DNA of 61,919 bases, filler included, from Choristocarpus tenellus KU-1152 (lineage: Eukaryota; Protista; Phaeophyceae): the NCBI GenBank assembly GCA_964200185.2. It is 11 parts of 11 records of this genome, joined end to end, with 100 filler letters (N's around TTAATTAATTAA, not from the genome) between each part and the next. Parts side by side here need not be neighbours in the genome. Positions count along the whole stretch, not along the records: positions 33,591 to 43,286 come from CAXNAD020003468.1; positions 43,387 to 52,419 come from CAXNAD020004064.1; 9 more parts are not named here. The stretch is one strand, 5' to 3'. The position numbers were made by a program, and so were the translations under genes. Shown piece after piece: positions 35,771 to 48,053 of this stretch. Every line of letters starts with the position of its first letter. Position 1 is the stretch's first letter. Under the pieces are notes generated by a model, which worked only from the letters and a program-made list of their open reading frames with translations, ran no database searches and was not told the DNA's origin.

Positions 35771-38700
35771 CCATCCCGGGGGGTTCACATGGACTGTCAT
35801 CTAGATTGAAGAAGTCCCCAAGCGAGTTGGGTAGAAGGCGAGATAGAGAGGCAGAGGGAGTTCATAGCTACTGTTCAGGCATTTTTGAGTTACAGTGACA
35901 ACAGGATCAGGGTACAAGCAGCATATTTGTTTAGTGGGCTCTCCACAGAGGGGGGGTGTACTACTGCGGAATTGTGGGAAATGGGAGGGTGTTCAGGGGA
36001 GTACTGGACGCTTTTTTTAACTCCGTGTATGCAAAGGCTCTTGTGGAGTAGTACTGTTTCTAACACAGAGGGTGAAGAAGACCACAGCCTTCACCAAAGT
36101 GGTACGTCTGCTTGTTGGAGAGAGAAGGGCAACACTTAGATGATGGATGGATGCAGGGGTGGATATGTCTGAAGGAGGTTATCTATTTGAAGTATGGATC
36201 GACAGAGCACAGGGGCAGAGGCTAGGGTTTCATTTTGTACTGAGCTGTTTGTTGTTTGGCAGACGTCCAGACATCATCAACAGAGGGAGAGATCGAGGGA
36301 TGAAGGGAGTTAGGTCTTGAAACGGTCAACAACCATAATCGTATATTGATGTAGGTAGTTGGAGACGAACAGTGCATGGTTCATCATGCTAGCGTAGGTT
36401 AGAAAGTGTAATGGCCCATAGCACAACAGTAGGTAGTGCTTGGATATAAAGAAACACGCTATCAAACTTGATACTCTAGTAGTGGTGGTGATTTTTCACA
36501 GTACTAAGATTAGCTCAGCAGCGAGTCCCTATCTTCCATGCTTCTAGATTATTGAGCAATTGACAACTCACATTCTTGGGGCAACACCCTCTACAGTGAT
36601 TGATGATTCGGAAGTCCTCGTTCACTATTTTTAAAAACAAAATAGGTAAAGCGCCATTAATTATCGTGTGGAAATCCGGCAGAGTATAGGGTTTGGAAGC
36701 ACAACGTCAAAACACACCTTAGGTGTATAAAGGATGTAGGACCCAACCATACCCTTCACAAAGATGATCACAACCCGAGCCACAGAACCCTCCTTCCTAG
36801 GTGAGGGTGAAGGTTTCAGCCATACACTAGCTGGTCGCAAAAGGCCTGTCTCAACCTCTCTCTCCCCAACGTTGCCCTGCAGTTCACAAATAACATCAAA
36901 AGGGAGAGAACAGAAAGGTGCAGCATTTTTGCTCGGGTCATCCCCAAAGTTAGTTAGAATGAAGTAGAACGAGGGGGCCCGAAATGGACTCTGCTAGGCT
37001 CGGCACCCCCTTGTTCCTCCTCGAGGGTCGCAAGTCAAGAAAGAGTATCAGTAGGTGTGGTTACGGAAGTCGGCTTTGTTCAGATTTCTCTGACGGTTTG
37101 CATCAAAATTCAGGTCGACATATCAAAACCACACTGGAATCCCCAGGGCATGAACGGAGAAAACATTATCAAATTGAAGATAGTATAGAAAGGCATTCCT
37201 TGTGCCGATATCCTTGAGGGTTGGAGGGTTGTATTAAAAGCACAGGCCAAAGATAAACACAGTTGATTGTCTCCAATATGGTCCATCCGAAAGCAAGCAA
37301 GTAGATTCTTGCGGGTCAGAACTCGATATCCAAGAGGGGTAGGTAGATCTCGACAAGTGATTTTCACTTGATAGCGTGCTCAACTCTAGTAAGAGGTACA
37401 CCACTAGACAGCTCGGGCCCACTCCTGTAGTTGACGGTACCTGCTTGTAGGCAATAGATCTTCTATGTATAATGATTTCCGTCTCTCGTCTACAGGGCTA
37501 CCGAACTCTGAACTACCCCGACAGTAGCCTAAAGGACCAATCTCTCCAGCACTTCGCGCTCTGACACCTCACATACCTCGTCGAAGTCAGCATCACCGAA
37601 GCAAAAAATCTTACGAGCGTCGTCCTCGAGATAAGCCACGAATTTGTCTACGAAGCGACGCTGGAGAGGAACGTTCTCAATGTACATGTCATCCACTGTC
37701 GAACCAAAAAATTTCCCACGAGGTGACGTTTGGTCTGAGGCTGTCCCTATTTCAGGCATTAGCATCGTACTTCCCATTTCTGACTGGGACGAGGATCGAG
37801 CTCTCCCATTGGTGACGCCTGAGTTGTTCCCCAATGATAAGGAGTGATCCTTACCCAAAGATAATGAAATAGCTTGGTACTTGCCGGTGTTCACCATGAC
37901 CTCACCAATGCTGCACCCTAGCAGCTTAGACTTTAGAGTGCCAACTTCACTTTGACAGTAGTTGAATGCGATAGATGCAAGGACAGAGGGCTGTCTTGAC
38001 GAGTTCAAAACTGGGAACGGCACAATTGACCAACATGACGTCATATTCTAGGAGTTGTCCCGAAATGAAGTGTTGATAGTGATGATTCTTACTATTTATG
38101 TATAGTGAGGAAGGAAATCGGAGGTCATAAATAGTTATAAGAGTAGTAGTAATAGTAGTTGAAGGTGAAGGTCAAGGCGAAGTTCTTAACCAAATATGGA
38201 AACTTGACGTTTGGCAATTTGATGATTTATATTTGATTGAGGTATTAGAGTTGCAGAATAAACATAGAATCGCTTGATTGCTTGAGTGAAGTTAGATGCC
38301 ACAATAGTGTATGCAAAATGCGCACAATAGTGTATCCAAAATTGGTATTCCACCTTTCTACACATAAAGCGACACCAGTATTCACCAAAGACTCTTTCTG
38401 TAGTTGCACAAAATGGCATCTTCTTGCCCTTTCTCGGGATCCTCAAAAAATGCAACCTTACCTGCCTCTAAATTGGTTTGGCTCGATAAGGTCTACATCT
38501 TGGGTATTTTTGGTTCTTGTATATACCTCAGAACGTTGCTTCGGACGGTGCGTGTTCGCGTTGCTTACATTATTTCACTGCAACTGTATCATGATAAGCA
38601 CTTACGAAAGAGGAGTCGAGGTGGCCAAGGCATCCACAATTGTCACCTGTCACCTGCTACCTCAGAACCTTCGCATAAAGAATGCATGCACTCCACCAGT

Positions 38701-39799
38701 AACTTTGTTGGATTTACCCCCCTGGTCAGATCTTCCCTGAGGTCTGTGTCTCTGTTCTGAGACTTCGATCTATGCCTATCAAGTACATACTGAGAGGGCT
38801 GGATCCCCGAGAGCAAGAGGGCCAATTGGCAGTAAAGAAGGAGATTAGTAGAGGAGGGGCAGATATGTGGAGGATGCTGTCCAAAGGGGAGAAGACAATA
38901 ATCCCGATGCAAGGTCCATTCCCTCAATCAGATCAAGGAATATTGATACTACTTTCCTGATATGTCAAAGGAGAGGAAAGAACCAATCCCCTTCCCTTAC
39001 ACTCCCACCCCCATCCCATTCTTTACTCTAACCACGGTCAGGCCACATTGTATTGGCCCTATATTTTAGTTTATCTGTGCTCTTTTCTGGGAAATACAAT
39101 CACAAAAATACTGCTACGTCCGTACATAACATTAGCCTGACTGCGGTCTCCAACTTCCAACCAATTCTGGATTATGTGACACGAATTGGTTTGTGTATAT
39201 TCTTTTTTAGTTGCTGAGAGTTGAACGACTGACACAACAGGTGGGGTAGACATTTGTGTGGTATGGCATATACAGTTGTTGGGGTTAATGTTTTACAAGG
39301 ACTAGTGGCGACCAAACTGAGTTCAGGTCTTCATTACAGACTGCATCAGTACTGGAGGTCAAAAAGTTTGCCATTTTCCTCCTTCATTGTCAACAACTTA
39401 GTGTATGTAGTTGTGTTCAATTTGGCTGCTGGAAAGGGAAATGAACCGTTTCTCGATTAGTCAGTGTTGCATGACACCTCTCCCCTACCCCCTCACTGCC
39501 TCTTCTCTCTCTAGCCCGTTACAAGAACTTGTAAGTTGATTGACGAGTGGAAGGCCGGAATGCAAAATGCTTTATTATATTCCTACTACCAGGGTATTGA
39601 TTTCGCACTAGCATCCTGCATGGATTGTTGATAACCAGTACAGTTCATTTAGAAGGCACATTACTACGTACAGCACGTGGTAATAGGACAATAACATCGT
39701 ATAATAGTGCTCAGAGTATTAGATAGCGTTCAACCTGAGAAATAGGGTAGTGAAGTGTTGTGGACTGGAAGTGTCAGGCAAGTAAATGTCCTTACTCAC

Positions 39800-39869
39800 T
39801 GGACTGGGTCGGCAGAGGCCCCAAACGTCAGCTTCACGTCATAGCCGCTGATCGATGAACTTCCACACT
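39800..39869 (-). CDS. Orphan exon of unknown gene
   Basis: TCCACAG| ... |GTGAGT with only one open frame (CGSSSISGYDVKLTFGASADPV). Confidence 0.4.
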
Positions 39870-41247
39870 CTGTGGAAGGAGAAGATATCAAAAGAAGAGG
39901 AAACCTGTGCGAATACCAACAGCTCTCCTAAGTATTCGGAACTTACAATATGTGTTGCACGGTTGTGTGTGTTTGTGTGCTTACATTGTTTCTCACTAAG
40001 CAGGTTAGAAGGTAAGGGTTGGATTTGAAACGGATTTGGGGTGAATGCTGTGTCGCAGTGAAAAATTATTCCTTTTACCAGTATTTTGGAGGATTAACAA
40101 CAATTGCACACAGCATGAAGAAATGCCAGGCAAATCATCAACTACAATATGGCTTTGCATTACGGTCTCCAAAGTTTCCACATCTTATCACCTTGTATCT
40201 CTCACCATCCTCGCAATACCTCATTTTCTATCCAATAAAGAGTTGCGGGTATAGCATTGCATAACAGGAACTTACAAGGTGAAATTGTAGCCGCAACGTG
40301 ATAGGATAGTACTTGTCAGAGCTTTTGACTTTGATTTTCAAGTCCCTACAACACACACACACACAAGACGTTTGTTTAAGAGAGATCCTGAGCATTGACC
40401 CCGGACTAAGGCTAACCTCAATCCCTTTATGGTACTAATATCCCAGACAGCAAGACTAAGACAGGGCTTTAGTATCTAACCCACAAAACCTTTTTTGGTT
40501 GAGATATTTGCGACGTATGGAATGACAGACGTATCTATATGTATGTATCCAACACCCGAAAAGTGGCAGAACACGTGTAGCAAAGGGGATTGGAACCGCT
40601 GTTCAAAATACTCTTCACGAACTACGCACACATCACATCTTCCTAGTTCGAACCCCAACCTTACCTCTAACCCTAACAAAAATATCGATTTGTACCCATG
40701 TATGCACCAATATCAAAAGGTTTACTCTGAACCGAAGCTACTATCCCTATTTCCTTCAATAAATCAATCGATTATTCGGAGTGTGTCTTTGTGCTGTACA
40801 AAAGAGGAACAACCTTACGCCTGTAGGGGAAGTCATAACAAAACAATTATACCCAATACCACAGATTGAACTGAACATACAACACTACACCACAACACGG
40901 ACACCACAAGTGACAGGACACTTCCTGCCAGAAAAAAAAAAGTATAGCCTCTCATACTTTTTCGACTCACCTATCGTTTAATAATAATAAAAAACGATTC
41001 AAGTGTGTGTTGAAACACATCAAAGTCATGAACACAGCCTTTTCGGAATCCATGTAGGATTTTTCCTTGTCACAGTTATCACCAAAAGGTGTTTAGATTA
41101 TCAAAGCAGAGCTATATCTTGCACAAACATCCCCCCACCATATCAAAGTACACATGCATCCACGTACACATAATCTTTCTTACCAGAAACTACTAAATTA
41201 ACTAGCAGTACTGCCCTGCATTCAACACTATATCCCTACTCCATACA

Positions 41248-41451
41248 CTATCCCTCATCCTTTCCAGTCCCCAATCCTTCCCCCCTCCCTCTGTCCACTT
41301 CGCCCCCAGCACCCACTCTTTCAAGGCTTTGTGCACTGACTCTCTCCCCCTCTGGAATCAGACACCAATGGGGGGACTGTTGGACTCGATGCCACTTGAA
41401 ATCTTTAACCTCATTCCACGCATTTTCCACTCTAGAAAGGCCCGCCTCCTG
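41248..41451 (-). CDS. TBCC: Last exon of tubulin-folding cofactor C
   Basis: AGLSRVENAWNEVKDFKWHRVQQSPHWCLIPEGER matches the TBCC C-terminal N-x-W-x-x-V-x-DF-x-W...SP-x-W-x-x-LPE-x-ER; acceptor CTAG/CAG, stop TAG. Confidence 0.8.
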   Translation of the reverse strand, partial: QEAGLSRVENAWNEVKDFKWHRVQQSPHWCLIPEGERVSAQSLERVGAGGEVDRGRGEGLGTGKDEG

Positions 41452-41835
41452 CTAGCACTCATCCCAATAACAAAAAAACAAAATAAATTCAACAATTGAA
41501 AAAATAAATAAACCACAAGAATAACAAAAATAAAGAAAATAAGGCAAAACCAGTCCCCATTCCCAAATAAAAGTCCGATCAGTATATCCCCCCCCCCCCC
41601 CCCCCCCCCCCCCGCATCATTGTTACAACATTACACAAGAGAGTGAAGTGGAGATGACACATTCCACCGCAACCCATGTACAAGGAAGAAGGAGGAGGGA
41701 TCAACAATGGAGGTGGACCAAGCAAGAGGCAAGAAAGTTAGGGGGAAGATAGTGAGTAAGCAGAAGGGAGACAATACGACTATCAATAGAGGAGATGGGG
41801 AGTGGGGTGCTCTCATGATATATATCCACCGGTAG

Positions 41836-42152
41836 CAAGCATCTCATTGGCTCCTCGCGACATGCACACGTTCTTATTGGTCTAACTATTGCAGTGTAAT
41901 AGCAGGAAGCATCTCATTGCTCCTTGCAACAAGAGGACGTCCTCATTGGTCTAAATATTGCCTTTCGCAACAGGAAGCGTCTCATTGGCTCCTCACGACA
42001 TGCGCACGTTCTTATTGGTCTAATTGTTGCAGTGTAATAGCAGGAAGCATCTCATTGCTCCTTGCAACAAGAGGACGTCCTCATTGGTCTAAATATTGCC
42101 TTTCACAACAGTAGGAAGTGTCTCATTGGCTCCTCGCAACATGCGCACGTTC
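41836..42152. repeat. Higher-order tandem repeat (about 138-bp unit made of two about 69-bp subunits) rich in ATTGG
   Basis: About 2.3 copies; ATTGG or ATTGC starts at 41846, 41876, 41916, 41945, 41984, 42014, 42054, 42083 and 42125. Confidence 0.9.
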
Positions 42153-43386
42153 CTGTCCGTCAAAAAGCTGCTTTTCATACCTGTATACCCGTCACAGTAA
42201 TAAGGTGTAAGTGCAGTCCCTAACCCTCAATCGCCATCCTCAGCACAAACACCACTCTCAAGGCGATTCATATACTTATCATAACATGGCCTGGATAAAA
42301 GCACACCAACAATCCTACAACTCTTGATGTCACCACAACAACACATCAAGTAACACAGAAAAAAAAAAACACACGCACATACACACTAAACTAACCGCAC
42401 TCCAAACTAAAAAAAACAAAAAACAATTAGCCCACAGTCAGACAACACTCACAATTCCACCCCCAACCAGACCAAAACACACACGCACGCCACTGCACGC
42501 TCAAAACAAAACAAAAAAAATGATATATATATATTTTTATCTGTTTTACTTTCCCTGTTCAGCACCAGTTCAAACATTTTGGAAGGGCAGGCTACCACTA
42601 CAAGCGCACAAGACAGAACCGGACTTTCGTAGTACTTCGTGGAGGCCTTCCCGGGAACCCCAATACTACAGTACGATGTTCGTACCCTAAAATGTCCAAC
42701 CACCCCCCCCCGACAAAGTGTACCTTTTTACGCCACCAGCTGCAAGACACCTTCCTGATGCCATTTTCTTTTTCCCCTTTCACACAAAATGTCTTAACTG
42801 ATGCCCAACAGACCAGGTAAGAAAAAGAGTGTGTAGAAGCAAAAACACAAGATGAACTAATGAGCAGCACTCTATACCTCTCCAAGGCTAATGCAACTCA
42901 AAACTGTGTGCCGAGCATGAAGGACTACCATACACCCAAGTAGAAACACACGCAGAGCAGAACTACAGCAGTCTCCTAAAATAGGGGGTTTCAGTTCAGA
43001 TGGCGTTACTGTACGACTAAGAAAGAGAAAAAAAATGTATACGGTATAACTAAATGTATGCCGAAATACTCATACCATTCACAGTAAAAGTAAAACATCT
43101 TACCACCCTGCCGATGAATCCCGATTTATAAGTCGGAACATCAAGAGGTAAATTTCCAAAGCATTCATTACCCCTCACCTGAAAAAAGCCCCCCTACTTA
43201 GTTAACACACACACACACACACACACCCCGGGTGTATTATCTTCTCCGATGTATAATTTTGGTAAAGATAGGGTTAGGGGCGTAAGNNNNNNNNNNNNNN
43301 NNNNNNNNNNNNNNNNNNNNNNNNNNNNNNTTAATTAATTAANNNNNNNNNNNNNNNNNNNNNNNNNNNNNNNNNNNNNNNNNNNN

Positions 43387-43461
43387 CACTAATTGATTGT
43401 TCCGTTACTCTGTAACTGTCCGCGTAACTGTTCAATAGAGTTGGAAGAGTCTAATCGAACA
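43387..43461 (-). mobile_element. Copia LTR end, same family as 60741-61158
   Basis: CACTAATTGATTGTTCC...ATAGAGTTGGAAGAGTCTAATCGAACA is shared with 61082-61158. Confidence 0.75.
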
Positions 43462-44516
43462 GGTAGTAGGCAGTAAGTGCATGGAACCAGGTACTACTTG
43501 TAGTCTGGTAGTTGTAGTACCTTCTTATGACTCTTCTTGCCCACTTAATCCCCAATTATTTGCTGCCTGTTGCCTGTTGCCTGCCCCTTTCACTCTTCCT
43601 TATTTACACTCCCCCAACCTGTGTGTGATGAATATTGGATGGGCAGTATAATAGGAGGAATACTTCTCTCCTCTCTGAGCAAAGGTATGCTACTACACCA
43701 GTATCGATAATGATATAGTATTGCCACCCAAGTTTAAGTCCCAACACGTTCCTGGAGACTGGATCGTTTCCATATCGTCACTCTACAAATATAGTAAGGG
43801 GATGGACCATCATAATAGAAAACCTAAGTATGCACAACAACAAACCGTTGGGCTCTTACCGGTGGTGACCAAATTACACTTATTCAAGAAGGACTTGGAA
43901 AAGTTAATCAGGTAGGACCAATGATGTATGCAAAGGATGACAGTAGTACAATATTTTATATTGGGGATATATATATATATATATATATGGAAGTGTCCAA
44001 GGTGCCAAGTTCTCTGCTCAAGGGGGCAATCACAATCACCGGAATGAAACTCCTTCACCCTCCGAGGGTGGGACCGAGTTTCAAGGTCTTGGCTCAAATC
44101 TCAGAACAATTCAGTAAATCCAGAACAGAATAACACCTTCAGAAAACGACAGATGTTCCAGAATGACTGAGCAACGTCACAGCAAAGAAATGGATGTATC
44201 AGAATCGGGATTGTTCTTCGTTCTGAGAGTATATTTTGGGTGTTTGGTCAAATCCGGATCTTGTGGGTGTGATTGTTTCTTTGGACTGGTCGGTATGGAT
44301 GAGCTCAAATGACGTGGTTGGCGCGCGCAATTGTATGTCACCGCGCGTCTTATACATAACGTGTGTGTCGGAGATTCCAAAAAAGGAACCTGTCCCTGAC
44401 ATATATATTAAAATAAATTATCGTCACCTTCAGACGATTGATTGTCTGTGGCAATGTGTTTACGTCCACAGAGCGGTTCAGAGCACCACAGGGCCAGTTT
44501 GTACGATAGAAAGTTG

Positions 44517-47301
44517 ATGTCCTCCATAATGATCGATATCATGGGGATGAATGATGAGAGGTCGATCCTCAAAGGAGATTCGGCAACCCTTGTGAAGGAA
44601 GAAACCATCTCACACCTTGATGATGAAAAAAATTCCCCCTTGAAGTTCAACGTATGGTACCTGGGACCTCCCACGTTGGGGTTGTTCGGACTTGGAATCT
44701 ACGCTGGTTTTCGCAAACAGGTGTGGTGCACGTGACAGGCTGCAATCTTTTTCCCACAATTATGAGGTCGGATAATCTATATATCAGTATATATATAATG
44801 TAGAATTGACCGCATCAATACTTTGCTCATGATCTATCACGCCAACTGCGGCGATCAATTTTGGTGGTAAACTTGCAATGACTTTATGATGCACCTGTCC
44901 CTGTTCTGCTTGCACCTTTCCCCCTGGGATCCATGGGAACGAAGATGAAGACGGATGGCATGCTGATGACAGCGGATGCAACAGAGTCGTTGGCGAAGGG
45001 GATTCCCCAAACGGTGATGCCTTTTAGTCCTATTCGCCATGCAGGTCGTGCGTTGGCATATGGTACGGTGTTAAGTGTAGGGTGCTTCGCTGCAGGAGTT
45101 GTGGCAGCAGGGTATCTGCTGGATGTCCGAAATGTGAGCAACAAGATAGTAGAAGAATGCACGGAAGAGGAAAGTCGTGCAAACTGTGACTCAGAACGGA
45201 AGCCCTCTTGTCTATCTTCGACGTTGTACACGGTTGTTATAGACTGGAGTATCAGGTTCACGATAGATCCGCGATGTTGTGGGTGGAACAGAGAAGAGAA
45301 AGCGAGTCTGTTGATCAGCATTATTCTTTGCTCTGCACACTGCGCAAATGCACCGGTGGATGTACGTAAGTCTCCATGATCTCACCTCAATTCCCCTCCT
45401 TCCCCACTGAACGATCCCTCTCCTATTTTTATTGTCTCCTACGATTGATAGGCAACGTGTATATTGTGTGTTGCTTGAGCGGTTTATATGTCCTATTCTT
45501 GGATTTTTGACTTTCCCACCACCTCGATTGTGAGCTCTCTCCACAAGTACTGTGCATATTTTGTTTGGAAGAATGAATCTTGACTGGTAGTAAGTACTGT
45601 TGTGCAATCCATGCACCATTTTGACCTCTTTCCTCTATGGGGCATATTCCCCTCTCTATGGGTTTCGAAAAATAATATTGACTTTGATTCATAGCCTTTT
45701 TCCTGCTCTATTCTTACCTGTGCTGTTGTTATCGCCTTAGTAGGTACTTATTTTTGTACACTCTATGGGGGTGTCTCTTGAGAATGTCTGTTTGCCTGTG
45801 TAACCTCCATTAAAACCATCGTCTAGAATGTTTCCACTATCAAGGAGCACACTTTGCATCGGGCTATCGTAAGGGATTGCATGTATCCTCTCTATTCAGA
45901 CTTCCCCTTCTGCATGTCCTTACACTGGTACATTAGGTATACTGTTACCCTTTTGTTCATCTGAGGGTTAGGGTTAGGGTTAGGGTTGCGTTAACATTAA
46001 ACCTGTTCATTTCTGGGGCTTAGGTTAGGGAATTTAGTGACAAGATGAACTGCTGGGCACCAGCAAAGATGTACGAGCTTGGTTTCAGGCACAGTCCAAA
46101 GTACAAAGAAGATCAAGAGGCAGTCCGTGGCATGTCCAAGGAGGAAGAGGTGGGTGGACATATTGACGTGGACTTTGAGGGACCGGGAAGGCTGTCACAA
46201 CGATATCCTCTAGTTACTATCATTTGTGTTGCATGAATTAGTGTTTTATATAAGTGAAAACACTGACTTACATTCATGGTGCAACTATGAAGGTATTGGT
46301 GGATTGTTGTGCTTGATGTTTGAGGGCAGGGCATGCTGGGGACTGCGGTGTTCTTCGCCTGTGTTTATTGCAATATCTCTACATAACCTTTGGTGACCCT
46401 TGAATCAAGAAGTGCTTTGTTTTCAAGAAATTGTGATGTAATCAAGATACTATTGATGTGGATGTGTTGCGTCCCTGTTCTTTTTGGTCTACTGCATCCA
46501 CGGTTAGGATTAGGGATTGAGGCACTACCTAGGATTTTAAATAGTTACAGTTTTGCGATAGTCTATAACTTGGTACAATTGTTGTATGCCTTTGTAGATT
46601 AGTGTGGGGTAAAGTACATGTTCTATAGTTGTAATGGGTGAAAATGTTGGGATTGCAACCCTCTCTCCCTCATGATTATCGCCTACTCATATCTGGCCAA
46701 TCACATTCAATCCTCACTCGAGTTGTGCATGCTTTGGACCAGTTCATACCTTTACTTTGTGATATTATACCCCTTATAGGAGTATGCTGCAGCCTCACCG
46801 GTGTGGATATCTATTCACTTTTGGATTGTGATGCACTAAAGCTATAGTTCCCTATGAAATTTATTGAGGTCACATTTTGCAGTGAGGTCAGTGAACTCAA
46901 TGCAGTCTAACTCAGGTGACAGGTGAGGGTGCTTCCAGGATTGCCCTGAGGAACGCAGCATTAATTAAGTTTCTAGTATCAGCTGCAGTTCATTGTGGGA
47001 CTAAGCCCAAAACCTGGATCGACAAAGGGGATAGGTTGGTGCTTACGGTAGGTTGTTGGGGGCTGTACTCTTGTTCAAATGTTAAGGCATAATCAGTTGA
47101 TAATCATTTCCTCCTACCCTCCCCCATCGCCTTTACATGGACACACTTTCTCAATGACAGTGGGAATATGTGTCAACACTGCTGAAGGAGCCCCCCCCCA
47201 AGAGTTCTGCAAGTGAGGCAATTTCATCGTTGGGAGGAACAGGGGAGGGGATTAGTGGGGTGAGACAAAAGGAGAACAGGAGGGCCCCAGATGCAACATA
47301 G
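44517..47301 (+). CDS. TMEM242/DUF1358-like mitochondrial membrane protein; exons about 44517-44720, 44945-45133, 46024-46149, 47161-47301
   Basis: In-phase exons: LGPPTLGLFGLGIYAGFRKQ...PIRHAGRALAYGTVLSVGCFAAGVVAAGYLLDVRN-VREFSDKM, like TMEM242 A-x-RAL-x-x-G(S/T)...LGV-x-S-x-x-EF-x-x-KM. Start codon and last exon are less certain. Confidence 0.65.
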
Positions 47302-48053
47302 GAAACTGTTTTTTTCGTGCGAGAGAGAAGTTTGACGAGAATGGATAAGGCAGTGACTCACAAGAAATAACGGATAAGAGGTCATGCAGTGTCCCTCTTT
47401 GCCTTCTCGGGAATGTACCTGCCTCATTAGTATAGAACACCCTTGACTCTTGGAGCAAAATTCTTCACGCGGAACGATTTAATCTAATTTCCTGAACTTA
47501 AGGTTACTCTCAGACATTAAACTGTAGTGTAGTAGTAACTTAAAGGAGAGTTTCCAGGTGATGTGTGTTGCCCTGTACCTTTATCTAGTTTGATCACTGC
47601 AGTAGTACCTCCGTTCTGCTGTATCCAATGTTTTTTAGCTTTATGCCAGTGCAGAGGTGAAGTGGAAATGGTTCTTACACCTAAAAAGGAAATACACTTG
47701 GTTTTTGTTCATTGTACCTGTATACACCCTGATTTACAGCGGCACTTTGTTGGGGAGGTGCTATTTCATTTGCTTAATGAAGTTTGTGATTATCAACACA
47801 GTAACAAAATACATGCACTGCGCATATAGTACAGTACGACTTCAAACTACTACATATAGAGCTGGGTCTCCATTTTGTGGGTAGAATATTCTGTGACAAC
47901 TGACTATGTCAAATATAACTATAGTGCCAACATGAAGATCTCTTCCCAACATTTTCAAAGAGGACCCTACAGAAGGAAACACATTCCAAATATACACATG
48001 GAGCATGCACAAATATCTGTGGGCAAAAAACTTCTGTAGCAAAGGGAATAATT

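Noticed and set aside
35770-38720. Possible LINE, Gypsy-gag and Copia-RT relics, including ORF 37529-38044
   Set aside because: Only faint motif echoes (for example VLRYI) among many stops; probably old TE debris but not assignable.
41836-42152. CRISPR-like array or repeat-protein ORF (41917-42114)
   Set aside because: The inter-motif segments are themselves repeated; the ORF is a by-product of the tandem repeat.
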